A DNA stretch of 64,000 nucleotides from Bacteroidales bacterium. GTDB taxonomy: Bacteria; Bacteroidota; Bacteroidia; Bacteroidales; Muribaculaceae. Position numbers and translations under genes: made by a program. The notes below the pieces were generated by a model that had not been told where the DNA came from, ran no database searches, and saw only the letters and a program-made list of their open reading frames with translations. Where the stretch lies: contig DXXM01000012.1 in the NCBI GenBank assembly GCA_019416285.1, positions 12,360-76,359 on the forward strand, in the 5' to 3' direction. Of the stretch, positions 11,935-22,864 are shown piece by piece; position 1 is the stretch's first letter; the number at the start of each line of letters is the position of its first letter.

Positions 11935-12480
11935 ATGAACCAAGGTCTCATCCCCAGCCGCTACGCCAAGGCCCTCTTCGAGTATGCTTCCGAAAAGGGT
12001 GCCGACGAGCGCATCTATCAACTGATGCAGACGCTCGAGCACTCTTTCGAAACCGAGTCCTCGATGCAGCAGGCAGTGGCCAATCCTTTCGTCCCCGCCC
12101 CCGACAAGGTGAAACTCCTCACCTCCGCCGCCGGCGCGACTCCGAAGGATGAGGTCTATGCGCGTTTCATGCAGCTCCTGGTCGAAAACAACCGCCTCGA
12201 CGCTGCCCGCGACATCGCCCTCGCCTACATGAAAATCTACCGTAGCGAGCACCGCATCTACCTTGTGACCGTCACATCGGCCGCCCCAATGGGTGCATCC
12301 GAGGAGGATCGTCTCAAAGCGCTCATCGAGCGTCACCTCGACGGCGGCACGATGGAGTATCACCATCGCGTCGACCCCGCCCTCATAGGCGGCTTCACCG
12401 TCACAATCAACAACGAGAAGCTCGACGCTTCCGTAGCCGATGAGCTCAAACAATTGCGTCTTAAACTTTTAAGCAACTAA
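11935..12480 (+). CDS. atpH: F1 ATP synthase delta subunit
   Basis: [22 protein letters not shown]. Confidence 0.95.
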   Translation: MNQGLIPSRYAKALFEYASEKGADERIYQLMQTLEHSFETESSMQQAVANPFVPAPDKVKLLTSAAGATPKDEVYARFMQLLVENNRLDAARDIALAYMKIYRSEHRIYLVTVTSAAPMGASEEDRLKALIERHLDGGTMEYHHRVDPALIGGFTVTINNEKLDASVADELKQLRLKLLSN

Positions 12481-12502
12481 CCATTTCCCCCCTATATCAC
12501 CA

Positions 12503-14074
12503 ATGATTAACCCAAGCGAGATTTCTCAGGTATTAAAACAGCAACTCGAGAATATCAACTCCAAAGTCTCTTTCGAGGAGACGGGAGTCGTACTTGAAGT
12601 CGGCGACGGCGTGGCCCACGTCTACGGCCTCGACAATGTCTGCGCCAACGAGCTTGTAGAATTTGAAAACGGAGTGAAAGGTGTAGCCCTCAACCTTGAG
12701 GAGAGTAATGTGGGTGTCATCCTGCTCAATAATGTCAACAAGGTCACTGAGAACATGACCGTGAAGCGCACCGGCGAAATCGCCTCCATCCATGTGGGCG
12801 AGGGTGTGTTCGGGCGTGTCATCAATGTGCTCGGCGAACCTATCGACGGCCGCGGACCCATCCAGGGTGAGCTTTTCCCTATGCCCCTTGAGCGCAAGGC
12901 TCCCGGCGTCATTTTCCGTCAGCCTGTGAAGCAGCCGCTTCAGACAGGTCTGAAGGCCATCGACTCGATGGTGCCTATAGGCCGCGGTCAGCGCGAGCTC
13001 ATCATCGGCGACCGTCAGATCGGCAAGACTGCCATCGCCATCGACACCATCATCAACCAGCGCGCCAATTTTGAAGCCGGCAAGCCCGTCTACTGTATCT
13101 ACGTGGCCATCGGCCAGAAAGCATCATCGGTTGCAGCCACCGTCGAAACCCTCCGCCAGCACGGAGCCCTCGACTACACTGTGGTCGTAGCCGCAACAGC
13201 CGCCGACTCCGCCTCCATGCGTTACTATGCGCCCTTCGCAGGTGTGGCAATCGGCGAATATATCCGCGACACCGGCCGCGACGCCCTCATCGTCTACGAT
13301 GACCTCTCGAAGCAGGCCGTGGCCTATCGCGAAATCTCCCTTATCCTCAAGCGTCCTTCGGGCCGCGAGGCATATCCGGGCGATATCTTCTATCTCCACA
13401 GCCGTCTGCTCGAGCGTGCGGCAAAAATCATCGACAACCAGCAGGTGGCCGCCAACATGAACGACCTCCCCGCATCGCTCAAGGACAAGGTGAAGGGCGG
13501 CGGCTCGCTCACAGCCCTTCCTATCATCGAGACCCAGGCAGGCGACGTGTCAGCCTACATCCCGACCAACGTAATCTCGATTACCGATGGTCAGATCTTC
13601 CTCGAGACAGCGCTCTTCAACCGCGGTATCCGTCCCGCAATCAACGTGGGTATCTCCGTGTCGCGTGTGGGCGGTAACGCTCAGATCAAGTCGATGAAGA
13701 AAGTGGCAGGTACGCTCAAAATCGACCAGGCGCAGTTCCGCGAGCTCGAATCGTTCACCAAGTTCGGTGGCGATATGGACGCCGTGACCGCCCGCGTCAT
13801 CGACAAGGGCCGCAAGAACGAGCGTCTGCTCATCCAGCCCCAGTATTCTCCGATGAAGGTCGAGGACGAAGTCGCAGTAATCTTCTGCGGTACCCGCGGC
13901 CTGCTTGAGAATGTGCCTCTCGACAAGGTGGCCGAGTTCGAGAAAAACTTCCTCCAGCTCGTAAGCGCCAAATATCCCGAGGCTCTCGAGGCAATCCGTG
14001 CCGGCAAGCTCGACGACGACGTCACCAAGAAGCTCACCGAAGCCGCCGCTGAAATCTCGGCATCCTACAAGTAA
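12503..14074 (+). CDS. atpA: F1 ATP synthase alpha subunit
   Basis: [45 protein letters not shown]. Confidence 0.99.
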   Translation: MINPSEISQVLKQQLENINSKVSFEETGVVLEVGDGVAHVYGLDNVCANELVEFENGVKGVALNLEESNVGVILLNNVNKVTENMTVKRTGEIASIHVGEGVFGRVINVLGEPIDGRGPIQGELFPMPLERKAPGVIFRQPVKQPLQTGLKAIDSMVPIGRGQRELIIGDRQIGKTAIAIDTIINQRANFEAGKPVYCIYVAIGQKASSVAATVETLRQHGALDYTVVVAATAADSASMRYYAPFAGVAIGEYIRDTGRDALIVYDDLSKQAVAYREISLILKRPSGREAYPGDIFYLHSRLLERAAKIIDNQQVAANMNDLPASLKDKVKGGGSLTALPIIETQAGDVSAYIPTNVISITDGQIFLETALFNRGIRPAINVGISVSRVGGNAQIKSMKKVAGTLKIDQAQFRELESFTKFGGDMDAVTARVIDKGRKNERLLIQPQYSPMKVEDEVAVIFCGTRGLLENVPLDKVAEFEKNFLQLVSAKYPEALEAIRAGKLDDDVTKKLTEAAAEISASYK

Positions 14075-14193
14075 AAAATGTCCGCGCGCCCGCTCCGGCG
14101 CCCCGCACACGATATAAAAAAACGGGACAGAGCACCCTCTTCCCCTCCACACTCCTCAACAACGAATCCACTCACTGACAGTCAATCCTCACT

Positions 14194-15081
14194 ATGGCTA
14201 CACTTCGAGAACTTAAAGGACGCATCGGCTCCGTCGCCTCAACAGAGAAAATCACCGGAGCCATGAAGATGATTTCCTCGGCAAAGATGCACCATGCCGA
14301 GGGCGCTCTTCGCCGCCTCCTCCCCTTCCGCCAGCAGATTGAGAATATCATCGGCAACCTTCTCTCTGCCGACGCCGAGTTCTCGTCACCCCTCACGGAT
14401 GAACGTGAGGTCAGGTCTGTGGCCGTCGTGGTGCTCGGCTCTGACGACGGTCTCTGCGGTGCCTACAACATCAACATCTTCAAGGAACTTCTTGAAGTCG
14501 TGGCAGGCTACCGCCAGAAATACGGCCAGTCGGTCCGCGTGACTGTCATCCCCGTCGGCCGCAAGATGGTCAAGGCATGCCTCAAGCTCAACCTCCCCGG
14601 TCTCACCGTCGAACCCGCCAAGGGTGTCGACTCGAAATCGGGCGGCGACGCCGTCAAGACCTTCACCCGGACAGTCGAGGACCGTTTCCTGTCGGAAGAA
14701 TTCGACAGGGTCGACCTCCTCTACATGAATTTCCAGTCCGTGAGCCGCCAGCGTGTCAAGTGCGATTCACTCCTCCCCGTGAGCTCCGAATCATTTACCG
14801 CCGAAGGTGTGAAAGCCCTCTGCCGCCCCTATATCTTCGAGCCCGACGCCGCTACGATTTTCGTCTCGGTTCTCCCGATGTTCCTTCTCGCCGTGGTGCA
14901 GGAAGTGTTTACCGAAAACCGTGCCTCGGAGCAGGCCGCGCGCATCATGGCAATGCAGAGCGCCAACGACAACGCCAAGAAGCTCCTCGAACAGCTCCGT
15001 CTCGAATACAACAAACTGCGTCAGCAGAGCATCACGAATGAACTCCTTGACATCGTCGGCGGTCAGGTAAGAGACCGATAG
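14194..15081 (+). CDS. atpG: F1 ATP synthase gamma subunit
   Basis: KITGAMKM, GLCGAYN, SEQAARIMAM, RQQSITNEL. Confidence 0.97.
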   Translation: MATLRELKGRIGSVASTEKITGAMKMISSAKMHHAEGALRRLLPFRQQIENIIGNLLSADAEFSSPLTDEREVRSVAVVVLGSDDGLCGAYNINIFKELLEVVAGYRQKYGQSVRVTVIPVGRKMVKACLKLNLPGLTVEPAKGVDSKSGGDAVKTFTRTVEDRFLSEEFDRVDLLYMNFQSVSRQRVKCDSLLPVSSESFTAEGVKALCRPYIFEPDAATIFVSVLPMFLLAVVQEVFTENRASEQAARIMAMQSANDNAKKLLEQLRLEYNKLRQQSITNELLDIVGGQVRDR

Positions 15082-15155
15082 TTTCCGGCAGCCGCCGCCA
15101 CCGTCACTCACACAGAAACCACGAATTAAAATAGCACAACAGATAAGTAACTGAC

Positions 15156-15923
15156 ATGGGAAGTGTAAAAGACTATTTCTCAAATCTTGGATCCGGCATT
15201 GCGAGCCTTGTCAAAGGCATGCAGGTGACCGGTAAGGAATTTGTCACCCCGAAAATCACTGAAGAGTATCCTGACAACCGCGACAATCTCCCTGTGGCCG
15301 ACCGCTTCAGGGCTGTTCTGACGCTTAAATACGATGATCAGGGTAATCACAAGTGTATCGCCTGCGGTACTTGCGAGCGCGTGTGTCCCAACGGCACAAT
15401 CTCGCTCGGCATCAAGACTGTCGACACCTGGGACGGCAAAAAGAAAAAGAAACTTGACAAGTATATGTATGACCTCGGAAGCTGTACGTTCTGTCAGCTT
15501 TGTGTGACCAACTGTCCGACCGACGCGCTTGAATTCAGCAACGACTTCGAGCAGGCCGTGTTCACCCGCGGCAAACTTGTCAAGAAACTCAATTACCTCC
15601 CCGAAAAAGAAGAGCCGCAGCCCACTCCCGAGGAAATCGCCCGCATGAAGGCCGAGAAGGAGGCCAAGCTCGCCGCCGCCAAAGCCGCTGCAGAGGTCAA
15701 GAAAGCCGCAGCAGCAGGCGCCGCTCCCGCTCCGAAGGGCGCCGACGCTGCCGCTCCCGCTCCGGAAGCTCCCAAGGCTGCTCCCGCCGGCGATGCCGCA
15801 GCCAAGGCCCTCGCAGCCGCAGCCGGCGACCCCGTCAAGGAAGCCAAAATCCGCGCGGCACTCGAAAAGGCCGCTGCCCTCAAAGCACAGCGCGAAGCCG
15901 GTAAGACTCCGGGCGCTAACTAA
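15156..15923 (+). CDS. nuoI: NADH-quinone oxidoreductase subunit I (2x 4Fe-4S) with Ala/Pro/Lys-rich C-terminal extension
   Basis: TEEYP, CIACGTCERVCP, CTFCQLCVTNCP. Confidence 0.95.
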   Translation: MGSVKDYFSNLGSGIASLVKGMQVTGKEFVTPKITEEYPDNRDNLPVADRFRAVLTLKYDDQGNHKCIACGTCERVCPNGTISLGIKTVDTWDGKKKKKLDKYMYDLGSCTFCQLCVTNCPTDALEFSNDFEQAVFTRGKLVKKLNYLPEKEEPQPTPEEIARMKAEKEAKLAAAKAAAEVKKAAAAGAAPAPKGADAAAPAPEAPKAAPAGDAAAKALAAAAGDPVKEAKIRAALEKAAALKAQREAGKTPGAN

Positions 15924-15950
15924 CAGCTAAATTAATCACTATCACAGTAT

Positions 15951-16466
15951 ATGGAATCAGTAGGAAGTACAATTTGTTATTGGATAATCGCTCTTGCGAT
16001 TGTCATCTTCTCGGTACTGACTGTCACCACGCGCAAAATCCTGCGCGCGGCCACATATCTGCTCTTTGTCCTTTTTGCGACTGCCGCCCTCTACTTCAAG
16101 CTCGACTACGAGTTCCTGGGCTCAGTGCAGATTGCAGTCTATGCGGGCGGTATCGTGGTCCTCTTCGTGTTTGCCATTCTCCTTACCACACACCCCGGTG
16201 ACAACAGTGAACAGTTAGCTTCAAGAAAGAAACTTCTCGGTCTGGTGGGTGCGCTCGCTGCCGCCGGTGCCTGCGGATGGGCCCTCTGCTCGCGTTGCGC
16301 TGACCTCTTCACCTCCCTTCCGGCAATGGAAAACCCCTCGATGCACCGCATCGGCGAGGCCATGCTCGGCACAGGTTTCGAGGAGTATCTCCTTCCCTTT
16401 GAGGCAGTCAGTGTCTTGTTGCTCGCATGTATAATCGGTGGCGTAGTAATCGCCCGTAAACGCTAA
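15951..16466 (+). CDS. nuoJ: NADH-quinone oxidoreductase subunit J
   Basis: QIAVYAGGIVVLFVF, YLLPFEAVS. Confidence 0.95.
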   Translation: MESVGSTICYWIIALAIVIFSVLTVTTRKILRAATYLLFVLFATAALYFKLDYEFLGSVQIAVYAGGIVVLFVFAILLTTHPGDNSEQLASRKKLLGLVGALAAAGACGWALCSRCADLFTSLPAMENPSMHRIGEAMLGTGFEEYLLPFEAVSVLLLACIIGGVVIARKR

Positions 16467-16480
16467 TTCACAATAACACC

Positions 16481-16792
16481 ATGGATATTACATTGATCTG
16501 GTATCTTATTCCGGCACTCGTGATGTTTTGCTGTGGCGTCTACGGCTTCCTGACCCGCCGCAACATGATAGCCATGCTCATCTCGCTCGAGCTGATGCTC
16601 AACGCTGTCGACATCAACTTCGTGGTCTTTAACCGCTACCTCTTCCCGACCTCGATGGAAGGATGGGTGTTCACGCTCTTCGGCATCGCCATCGCAGCCG
16701 CCGAGACCGCGCTCGCCATCGCAATCATCATCAACCTCTTCAGGGTAAGTAAAAACATTGACGTCCGTGACGCAACCAAAATGAAAAATTAA
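16481..16792 (+). CDS. nuoK: NADH-quinone oxidoreductase subunit K
   Basis: RRN...ELMLNA, IAAAETA. Confidence 0.96.
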   Translation: MDITLIWYLIPALVMFCCGVYGFLTRRNMIAMLISLELMLNAVDINFVVFNRYLFPTSMEGWVFTLFGIAIAAAETALAIAIIINLFRVSKNIDVRDATKMKN

Positions 16793-16801
16793 TCACGCCC
16801 T

Positions 16802-18748
16802 ATGGATATTACAATACCTATTCTTATATTGGCGATTCCGCTCTTCATGTTCATATTCCTTGGACTGGCGGGCGTCAAGATGAGCCACAAACTCGCCGGC
16901 ACTCTCGGTACGCTCGGCATGGGAACCGTGTTGGTTTTGTCTTACTTCACGGCGTTCACCTATTATTTCTCAGGAAATCCCGAATTCACTGACGGCGCAA
17001 ACCGCCTCCAGGCTGTAATCTTCGAGCAGACCTGGCTCCAGTTCACACCGCAGCTCGCAATCAAGCTCGGATTCCTGCTCGACCCCATCTCGGCCATGAT
17101 GCTCATTGTCATCCCGACAATTTCTTTCATGGTCCATGTCTACTCGCTCGGCTACATGCACGGAGAGAAAGGCTTCCAGCGCTACTACGCTTTCCTTTCG
17201 CTCTTCAGCTTCTCGATGCTCGGACTCGTTGTCGCAACCAACATCTTCCAGATGTATATCTTCTGGGAGCTCGTGGGTGCCTCTTCATTCCTCCTCATCG
17301 GCTTCTTCTACACTCTGCCCTCTGCGGTAGCAGCTTGTAAGAAGGCATTTATCGTGACCCGCTTCGCCGACCTCGGATTCCTTATCGGTATCCTTGTCCT
17401 TTCGTTCAACACCCATCATCTCGACTTCCTCCCGATGACCCAGAATCCCCAGGCAGTCCTCGCAAGTTTCGAGGGCGTGACCTTCCTCGGTGCTTCCGGT
17501 CTCACCTGGGCGCTTGTCCTGATTTTCACGGGCGGTATGGGTAAGTCAGCCATGCTTCCCCTCCACATCTGGCTCCCCGACGCTATGGAAGGCCCGACCC
17601 CCGTATCGGCCCTCATTCACGCTGCCACAATGGTGGTTGCCGGTGTGTATCTCGTGGCCCGTCTCTTCCCGCTCTACATGCTTGAGGACGCCGCGCTGAT
17701 GTTCATCACCGTTGTCGGAGCCGCCACAGCCTTCTATGCCGCCATGGTTGCCTGCGCGCAGATCGACATCAAGCGTATCCTCGCCTTCTCGACCATCTCG
17801 CAGATTGCCTTCATGATGGTTTCGCTTGGCGTCGCCTCCAAAAACAATGTGGCTATCCACGAGGGGCTCGGCTACATGGCCTCCATGTTCCACCTCTTCA
17901 CCCACGCGATGTTCAAGGCCCTCCTCTTCCTCGGAGCCGGCTCGCTCATCCATGCGGTTCACTCCAACAACTACACCGCGATGGGCGGTCTCCGCAAATA
18001 TATGCCCATCACCCACATCACCTTCCTCATCGGCTGTCTCGCAATCGCAGGTATCCCTCCCTTTGCAGGTTTCTTCTCGAAAGACGAAATCCTCACCGCC
18101 TGCTTCGCCAACGGCACTTTCTGGGGCATCTGGATGATGATGGTGGCTGCAATGACCGCCTTCTACATGTTCCGTATGTACTTCCTCGTGTTCTGGTGGG
18201 ACAACCCCGACTATGAGAAGGAACATCACGGCCATCTTCCCCACGACCCGGGTCTGGCAATGACACTCCCGCTCATCTTCCTCGCCATCGTCTCGACAGT
18301 GGCCGGATTCATCCCCTTCGGCGAGTTTGTCACTTTCGACGGTCATGAATACCATATCCATCTCAACTGGGCAGTGGCCGGCGGAAGCATCGCAATTGCC
18401 CTCGTATCCATTTTCTTTGCGATGTGGCTTTATGGCAAGAAAAACGACAAGCCCACCCGCATGGCCGACTCCTGCCGCTGGCTCTGGACTGCCGCTCACC
18501 GCCGCTTCTACTGGGATGAGATTTATCTCTTCATCACACGCCGCATCATCTTCGACGGTATCTGCAAGCCTATCGCCTGGTTTGACCGCCACGTAATCGA
18601 CGGTACCATGAACGGTCTCGCCTTCGTCACCAACAAGGCATCCGTGGCCATCAAGGGCTTCCAGAGCGGCAAGGTGCAGATGTATATCTGGTGGTATCTC
18701 ATCGGCGCAGTCATTCTTGGTCTCATTGTAGCAATCTGTTTCTGCTGA
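16802..18748 (+). CDS. nuoL: NADH-quinone oxidoreductase subunit L
   Basis: WELVG, KSAMLPLHIWLPDAMEGPTPVSALIHAATM, THAMFKALLF, FFSKDEI. Confidence 0.97.
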   Translation: MDITIPILILAIPLFMFIFLGLAGVKMSHKLAGTLGTLGMGTVLVLSYFTAFTYYFSGNPEFTDGANRLQAVIFEQTWLQFTPQLAIKLGFLLDPISAMMLIVIPTISFMVHVYSLGYMHGEKGFQRYYAFLSLFSFSMLGLVVATNIFQMYIFWELVGASSFLLIGFFYTLPSAVAACKKAFIVTRFADLGFLIGILVLSFNTHHLDFLPMTQNPQAVLASFEGVTFLGASGLTWALVLIFTGGMGKSAMLPLHIWLPDAMEGPTPVSALIHAATMVVAGVYLVARLFPLYMLEDAALMFITVVGAATAFYAAMVACAQIDIKRILAFSTISQIAFMMVSLGVASKNNVAIHEGLGYMASMFHLFTHAMFKALLFLGAGSLIHAVHSNNYTAMGGLRKYMPITHITFLIGCLAIAGIPPFAGFFSKDEILTACFANGTFWGIWMMMVAAMTAFYMFRMYFLVFWWDNPDYEKEHHGHLPHDPGLAMTLPLIFLAIVSTVAGFIPFGEFVTFDGHEYHIHLNWAVAGGSIAIALVSIFFAMWLYGKKNDKPTRMADSCRWLWTAAHRRFYWDEIYLFITRRIIFDGICKPIAWFDRHVIDGTMNGLAFVTNKASVAIKGFQSGKVQMYIWWYLIGAVILGLIVAICFC

Positions 18749-18783
18749 AACTGTCAATAAAGTAGCTAAAATATAGTAACGAT

Positions 18784-20289
18784 ATGTTTTCAAATATATT
18801 AATTTACTTTGTGGTGATACCCCTGGTCATGATGCTGGGGCTCGCCCTCTGCCGGAACATCAAGCAGATTCGTGCAGTGGCCGTCACGGGTTCTGTAGCC
18901 CTGACCGCCCTCTCGGTTTGGCTCCTCATTGACTATCTCGCGCTCCGCGCCGCCGGCGCCACCGAACCCATGCTCTGGGTTGACTCCTGGTCGTGGTTCT
19001 CGCCCCTCAACATCCATCTCGCCGTGGGTGTCGACGGCATCTCGATAGCCATGCTTATCCTTACAGGCATCATCCTCATCACAGGCAGCTTCGCCTCATG
19101 GGAGATTCCCCAGCCCAAGGAGTTCTTCCTCTGGCTTATTCTCCTTTCGACCGGTGTCTACGGCTTCTTCATCTCAATCGACCTCTTCACAATGTTCATG
19201 TTCTATGAGGTCGCGCTCATCCCGATGTATCTTCTCATCGGCGTGTGGGGCAGCGGCAACAAGAACTATTCGGCGATGAAGCTTACCCTCATGCTCATGG
19301 GCGGCTCCGCCTTCCTGATGCTCGGTCTCATCGGTATCTACTATCACTCGGCCCCCGAGGGACAGCCCCTGACCTGGAACCTTCTTGAAATCGCTCAGAA
19401 CGACGCCATCAGCCACGGCTGGCAGAAATTCCTCTTCCCGATGACTTTCGTCGGCTTCGGTGTCCTCGGCGCAATGTTCCCCTTCCACACATGGTCGCCT
19501 GACGGTCACGCTTCGGCCCCGACCGCAGTCTCGATGCTCCACGCCGGTGTGCTCATGAAGCTCGGCGGCTACGGCTGCTTCCGCGTGGCAATTTATCTCA
19601 TGCCCTACGCAGCCAACGAGCTCGCCTGGATATTCCTTATCCTCACGGGTATCTCGGTTGTCTACGGTGCCTTCAGCGCATGTGTGCAGAACGACCTCAA
19701 GTATATCAACGCCTACTCTTCCGTATCTCACTGCGGTCTGGTGCTCTTCGCAATCCTCATGCTCAACACCACCGCCATGACCGGCGCCATCATGCAGATG
19801 CTCTCACACGGTCTCATGACAGCCCTCTTCTTCGCCCTCATCGGTATGATTTACGGACGTACCCACACCCGCGATATCCGCGAGATGGGCGGTATGATGC
19901 AGATTATGCCCTACCTCTCCGTCTGCTACGTCATCGCAGGTATGGCCTCCCTCGGTCTCCCCGGTCTCTCGGGCTTCGTGGCCGAAATGACAATCTTCGT
20001 AGGTTCATTCGAACACGCCGACCTCTTCCACCGCATCTTCGTCATCGTGGCATGCAGCTCGATTGTGACCACCGCGGTATATATCCTCCGCGTGGTCGGC
20101 AAGCTCCTCTACGGTCCCGTCTACGACCAGCACCACATGAGCCTCACCGACGCCCGCTGGTGGGAACGCGTATCGACAGCCACTCTGATTGTCTGCGTCG
20201 CAGCCATCGGTTGCTTCCCCAACTTCTTTGCCGATCTTATCAAGTTCACTTTCAGTCCCGAAATCTTCACCGTTATCGGTCTGAACTAA
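18784..20289 (+). CDS. nuoM: NADH-quinone oxidoreductase subunit M
   Basis: DGIS, FPFHTWSPDGH, MKLGGYG, LPGLSGFVAE. Confidence 0.96.
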   Translation: MFSNILIYFVVIPLVMMLGLALCRNIKQIRAVAVTGSVALTALSVWLLIDYLALRAAGATEPMLWVDSWSWFSPLNIHLAVGVDGISIAMLILTGIILITGSFASWEIPQPKEFFLWLILLSTGVYGFFISIDLFTMFMFYEVALIPMYLLIGVWGSGNKNYSAMKLTLMLMGGSAFLMLGLIGIYYHSAPEGQPLTWNLLEIAQNDAISHGWQKFLFPMTFVGFGVLGAMFPFHTWSPDGHASAPTAVSMLHAGVLMKLGGYGCFRVAIYLMPYAANELAWIFLILTGISVVYGAFSACVQNDLKYINAYSSVSHCGLVLFAILMLNTTAMTGAIMQMLSHGLMTALFFALIGMIYGRTHTRDIREMGGMMQIMPYLSVCYVIAGMASLGLPGLSGFVAEMTIFVGSFEHADLFHRIFVIVACSSIVTTAVYILRVVGKLLYGPVYDQHHMSLTDARWWERVSTATLIVCVAAIGCFPNFFADLIKFTFSPEIFTVIGLN

Positions 20290-20305
20290 TCACGGATTAA
20301 TAGCA

Positions 20306-21748
20306 ATGGATTACTCACAGTTTTTAGCACTCAAGCAGGAAATAGGATTGTTAATCGTATTCCTATTAGTCTTTCTTTACGATACATTCAGCTCCCCCAA
20401 ATCCGCCAAGGGAGTTCCCGCAGTGGCCTGCATCCTGATGGCTGCGGTGACAGCGTGGGGCTTCTGCCCTGTGGTCCGCCTCACGGAGTCGGCCTTCGCA
20501 GGGATGTATTTCACCTCACCGACCATCGTCGCAATCAAGAATATCCTCAATGTAGGTGTGCTTATCGTCCTCATCCAGTCGCTCAAGTGGGCCAACTCCG
20601 AGTTCACCGCCATCCGCCGCGGCGAGTTCTACGAGCTGATTCTCCTGACCCTCTTAGGCATGTATCTGATGATTTCGAGCCGCCACTTCCTGATGTTCAT
20701 CATCGGACTCGAGACAGCATCGCTTCCCCTCTGCGCCCTTGTCGCTTTCGACAAGCACCGCTATGAGAGCCATGAGGCCGCCATCAAATACATCCTCACC
20801 GCCGTGTTCTCCTCGGCAATCCTTCTGATGGGTCTGTCGTTTGTCTACGGTCTGTCGGGCACACTCTACTACCAGGGCATCGCCGCCGCCCTCTGCGGCA
20901 ACATGGGCGTGATGCTCGCCGTGGCCCTCGCCTTCGTCATGGCCGGTTTCGGATTCAAGATTTCACTTGTTCCCTTTCACCTCTGGACCGCCGACGTATA
21001 TCAGGGTGCCCCCACATCGGTCACTTCCTATCTCTCGGTTATCTCCAAGGGCTCCGCAGCCTTCGCCTTCCTCGTGGTTCTCACACAGGTGTTCGGCTCG
21101 GTTTATGAAGCAGCCTGGGAGTGGATGCTCTACGCGCTGATTATCCTCACCATCACCGTCGGCAACCTCTTCGCCATGCGTCAGACCAACATGAAGCGCT
21201 TCCTCGCCTTCTCGTCAATCTCGCAGGCCGGCTACATCATGCTCGCCATCGTGGGCAACAACGCCATGGGTGTTTCCGCGCTGATGTTCTACACCCTTGT
21301 CTACATCTTCTCGAACCTTGCTGCCTTCGGCGTAATCGGAGCTATCGAAAATGCCACCGGCAAAGTGAATATGACCGACTACAACGGCCTCTACAAGACC
21401 AATCCCCGTCTGTCGTTCACAATGATGCTCGCCATGTTCTCGCTCGCAGGTATTCCTCCCTTCGCAGGATTCTTCAGCAAGTTCTTCGTGTTCACCTCTA
21501 CCCTCAGCGGCACCAACTCGGCCGCTCTCTATGTCCTCGTGCTCATCGCCCTCATCAACACCATCATCTCCCTCTACTACTATCTGCTTGTTGTGAAGGC
21601 AATGTTCATCAACGACAGCGAGACACCGCTGCCCACCTTCCGCTCAGCCTGCTCCGAGCGCTTCGGCATGTGGGTCTGCGTGGCCGGTATCATCGGTCTC
21701 GGTATCGTAAGCTACTTCTACGACTACCTGCTGACCGTGGTGGCCTGA
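20306..21748 (+). CDS. nuoN: NADH-quinone oxidoreductase subunit N
   Basis: EAAIKY, FKISLVPFHLWTADVYQGAP, KRFLAFSS, GIPPFAGF. Confidence 0.96.
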   Translation: MDYSQFLALKQEIGLLIVFLLVFLYDTFSSPKSAKGVPAVACILMAAVTAWGFCPVVRLTESAFAGMYFTSPTIVAIKNILNVGVLIVLIQSLKWANSEFTAIRRGEFYELILLTLLGMYLMISSRHFLMFIIGLETASLPLCALVAFDKHRYESHEAAIKYILTAVFSSAILLMGLSFVYGLSGTLYYQGIAAALCGNMGVMLAVALAFVMAGFGFKISLVPFHLWTADVYQGAPTSVTSYLSVISKGSAAFAFLVVLTQVFGSVYEAAWEWMLYALIILTITVGNLFAMRQTNMKRFLAFSSISQAGYIMLAIVGNNAMGVSALMFYTLVYIFSNLAAFGVIGAIENATGKVNMTDYNGLYKTNPRLSFTMMLAMFSLAGIPPFAGFFSKFFVFTSTLSGTNSAALYVLVLIALINTIISLYYYLLVVKAMFINDSETPLPTFRSACSERFGMWVCVAGIIGLGIVSYFYDYLLTVVA

Positions 21749-21807
21749 GCCCCTCCGTCGGTCCTCTGCGGGCCGTGACTCTATGATATTTTCGTTAAAA
21801 TCATAAA

Positions 21808-21850
21808 CCATCTCCGGCTGTGGAGCGTTTTGCTTGCAGCCGGAGATTGG
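21808..21850 (+). terminator. Stem-loop closing the nuo/atp cluster
   Basis: ATCTCCGGCTG...CAGCCGGAGAT inverted repeat about 60 nt after nuoN; no clear U-tract. Confidence 0.5.
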
Positions 21851-21952
21851 TCAATAAGAGGGTGCTTCAGACACTCTCTTAAGGGAGAGGGATTCCCTGC
21901 CGGCTATCCCGATCTCCGGAACGCTACCAATACCCTCTTAACCGTTTCAATA

Positions 21953-22783
21953 ATGTTCCCATCAGCACCAGGCCCTATCGGGGTTTTCGATTCAGGCTAC
22001 GGAGGCCTGACAATCCTCAAAGCGATACGCGAGCGTCTACCGCAGTACGACTACATATATCTCGGCGACAACGCGCGCACGCCCTACGGCACACGCTCAT
22101 TCGACGTGGTCTATGAATTTACCCGCGAGGCTGTCAAGGCTCTTTTCGAGCGCGGATGTCACCTCGTCATCCTTGCCTGCAACACCGCATCCGCAAAGGC
22201 CCTCCGGTCGATACAGATGAACGACCTTCCCGGCTGGGATGCGAGCCGCCGTGTGCTCGGTGTCATCTGTCCCACAGTCGAAGCCCTCGGCTCGATAAGC
22301 AAAAACGGCAATATCGGCATCCTCGGCACTCCCGGCACCATCAGCTCCGGCACCTACGACATCGAGATTGCCAAGGCTTTCCCGCAGTTCCGCACCGTCT
22401 CCGTGGCCTGCCCCATGTGGGTGCCCCTCGTCGAGAACAAGGAGTATGACGCCCCCGGCGCCGACTACTTCGTGGAGAAATATGTAGAGGAACTCTTCGA
22501 GCAGGAGCCCGAAATCGACACAATAATCCTCGGATGCACCCACTATCCGCTGCTGATTGACAAGATACGCCGCCAGGTGCGCGACCGCGCCGCAATCATC
22601 ACCCAGGGTGAGCTCGTGGCCGCAAGTCTCGGGGACTACATGCGCCGCCATCCCGAGATGGACGCCAAATGTACCCGCGGAGGCTCATGCACCTACCTCA
22701 CCACCGAAAATCCCGACAAGTTCACCGACCTTGCCGAGACCTTCCTCAACACGCATCTCAAGGCCGGGCATATCACCCTCTGA
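21953..22783 (+). CDS. murI: Glutamate racemase
   Basis: GVFDSGYGGL, ACNTAS, GCTHYP; start placed at ATG 21953. Confidence 0.96.
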   Translation: MFPSAPGPIGVFDSGYGGLTILKAIRERLPQYDYIYLGDNARTPYGTRSFDVVYEFTREAVKALFERGCHLVILACNTASAKALRSIQMNDLPGWDASRRVLGVICPTVEALGSISKNGNIGILGTPGTISSGTYDIEIAKAFPQFRTVSVACPMWVPLVENKEYDAPGADYFVEKYVEELFEQEPEIDTIILGCTHYPLLIDKIRRQVRDRAAIITQGELVAASLGDYMRRHPEMDAKCTRGGSCTYLTTENPDKFTDLAETFLNTHLKAGHITL

Positions 22784-22864
22784 TCGCCGCGTGTTCGATA
22801 GAGTGGCTCTCCGGGCCTCCAGCCGAGATTTTCCGTCTGTCACTTTCCCCGTTGTATAAACCTC

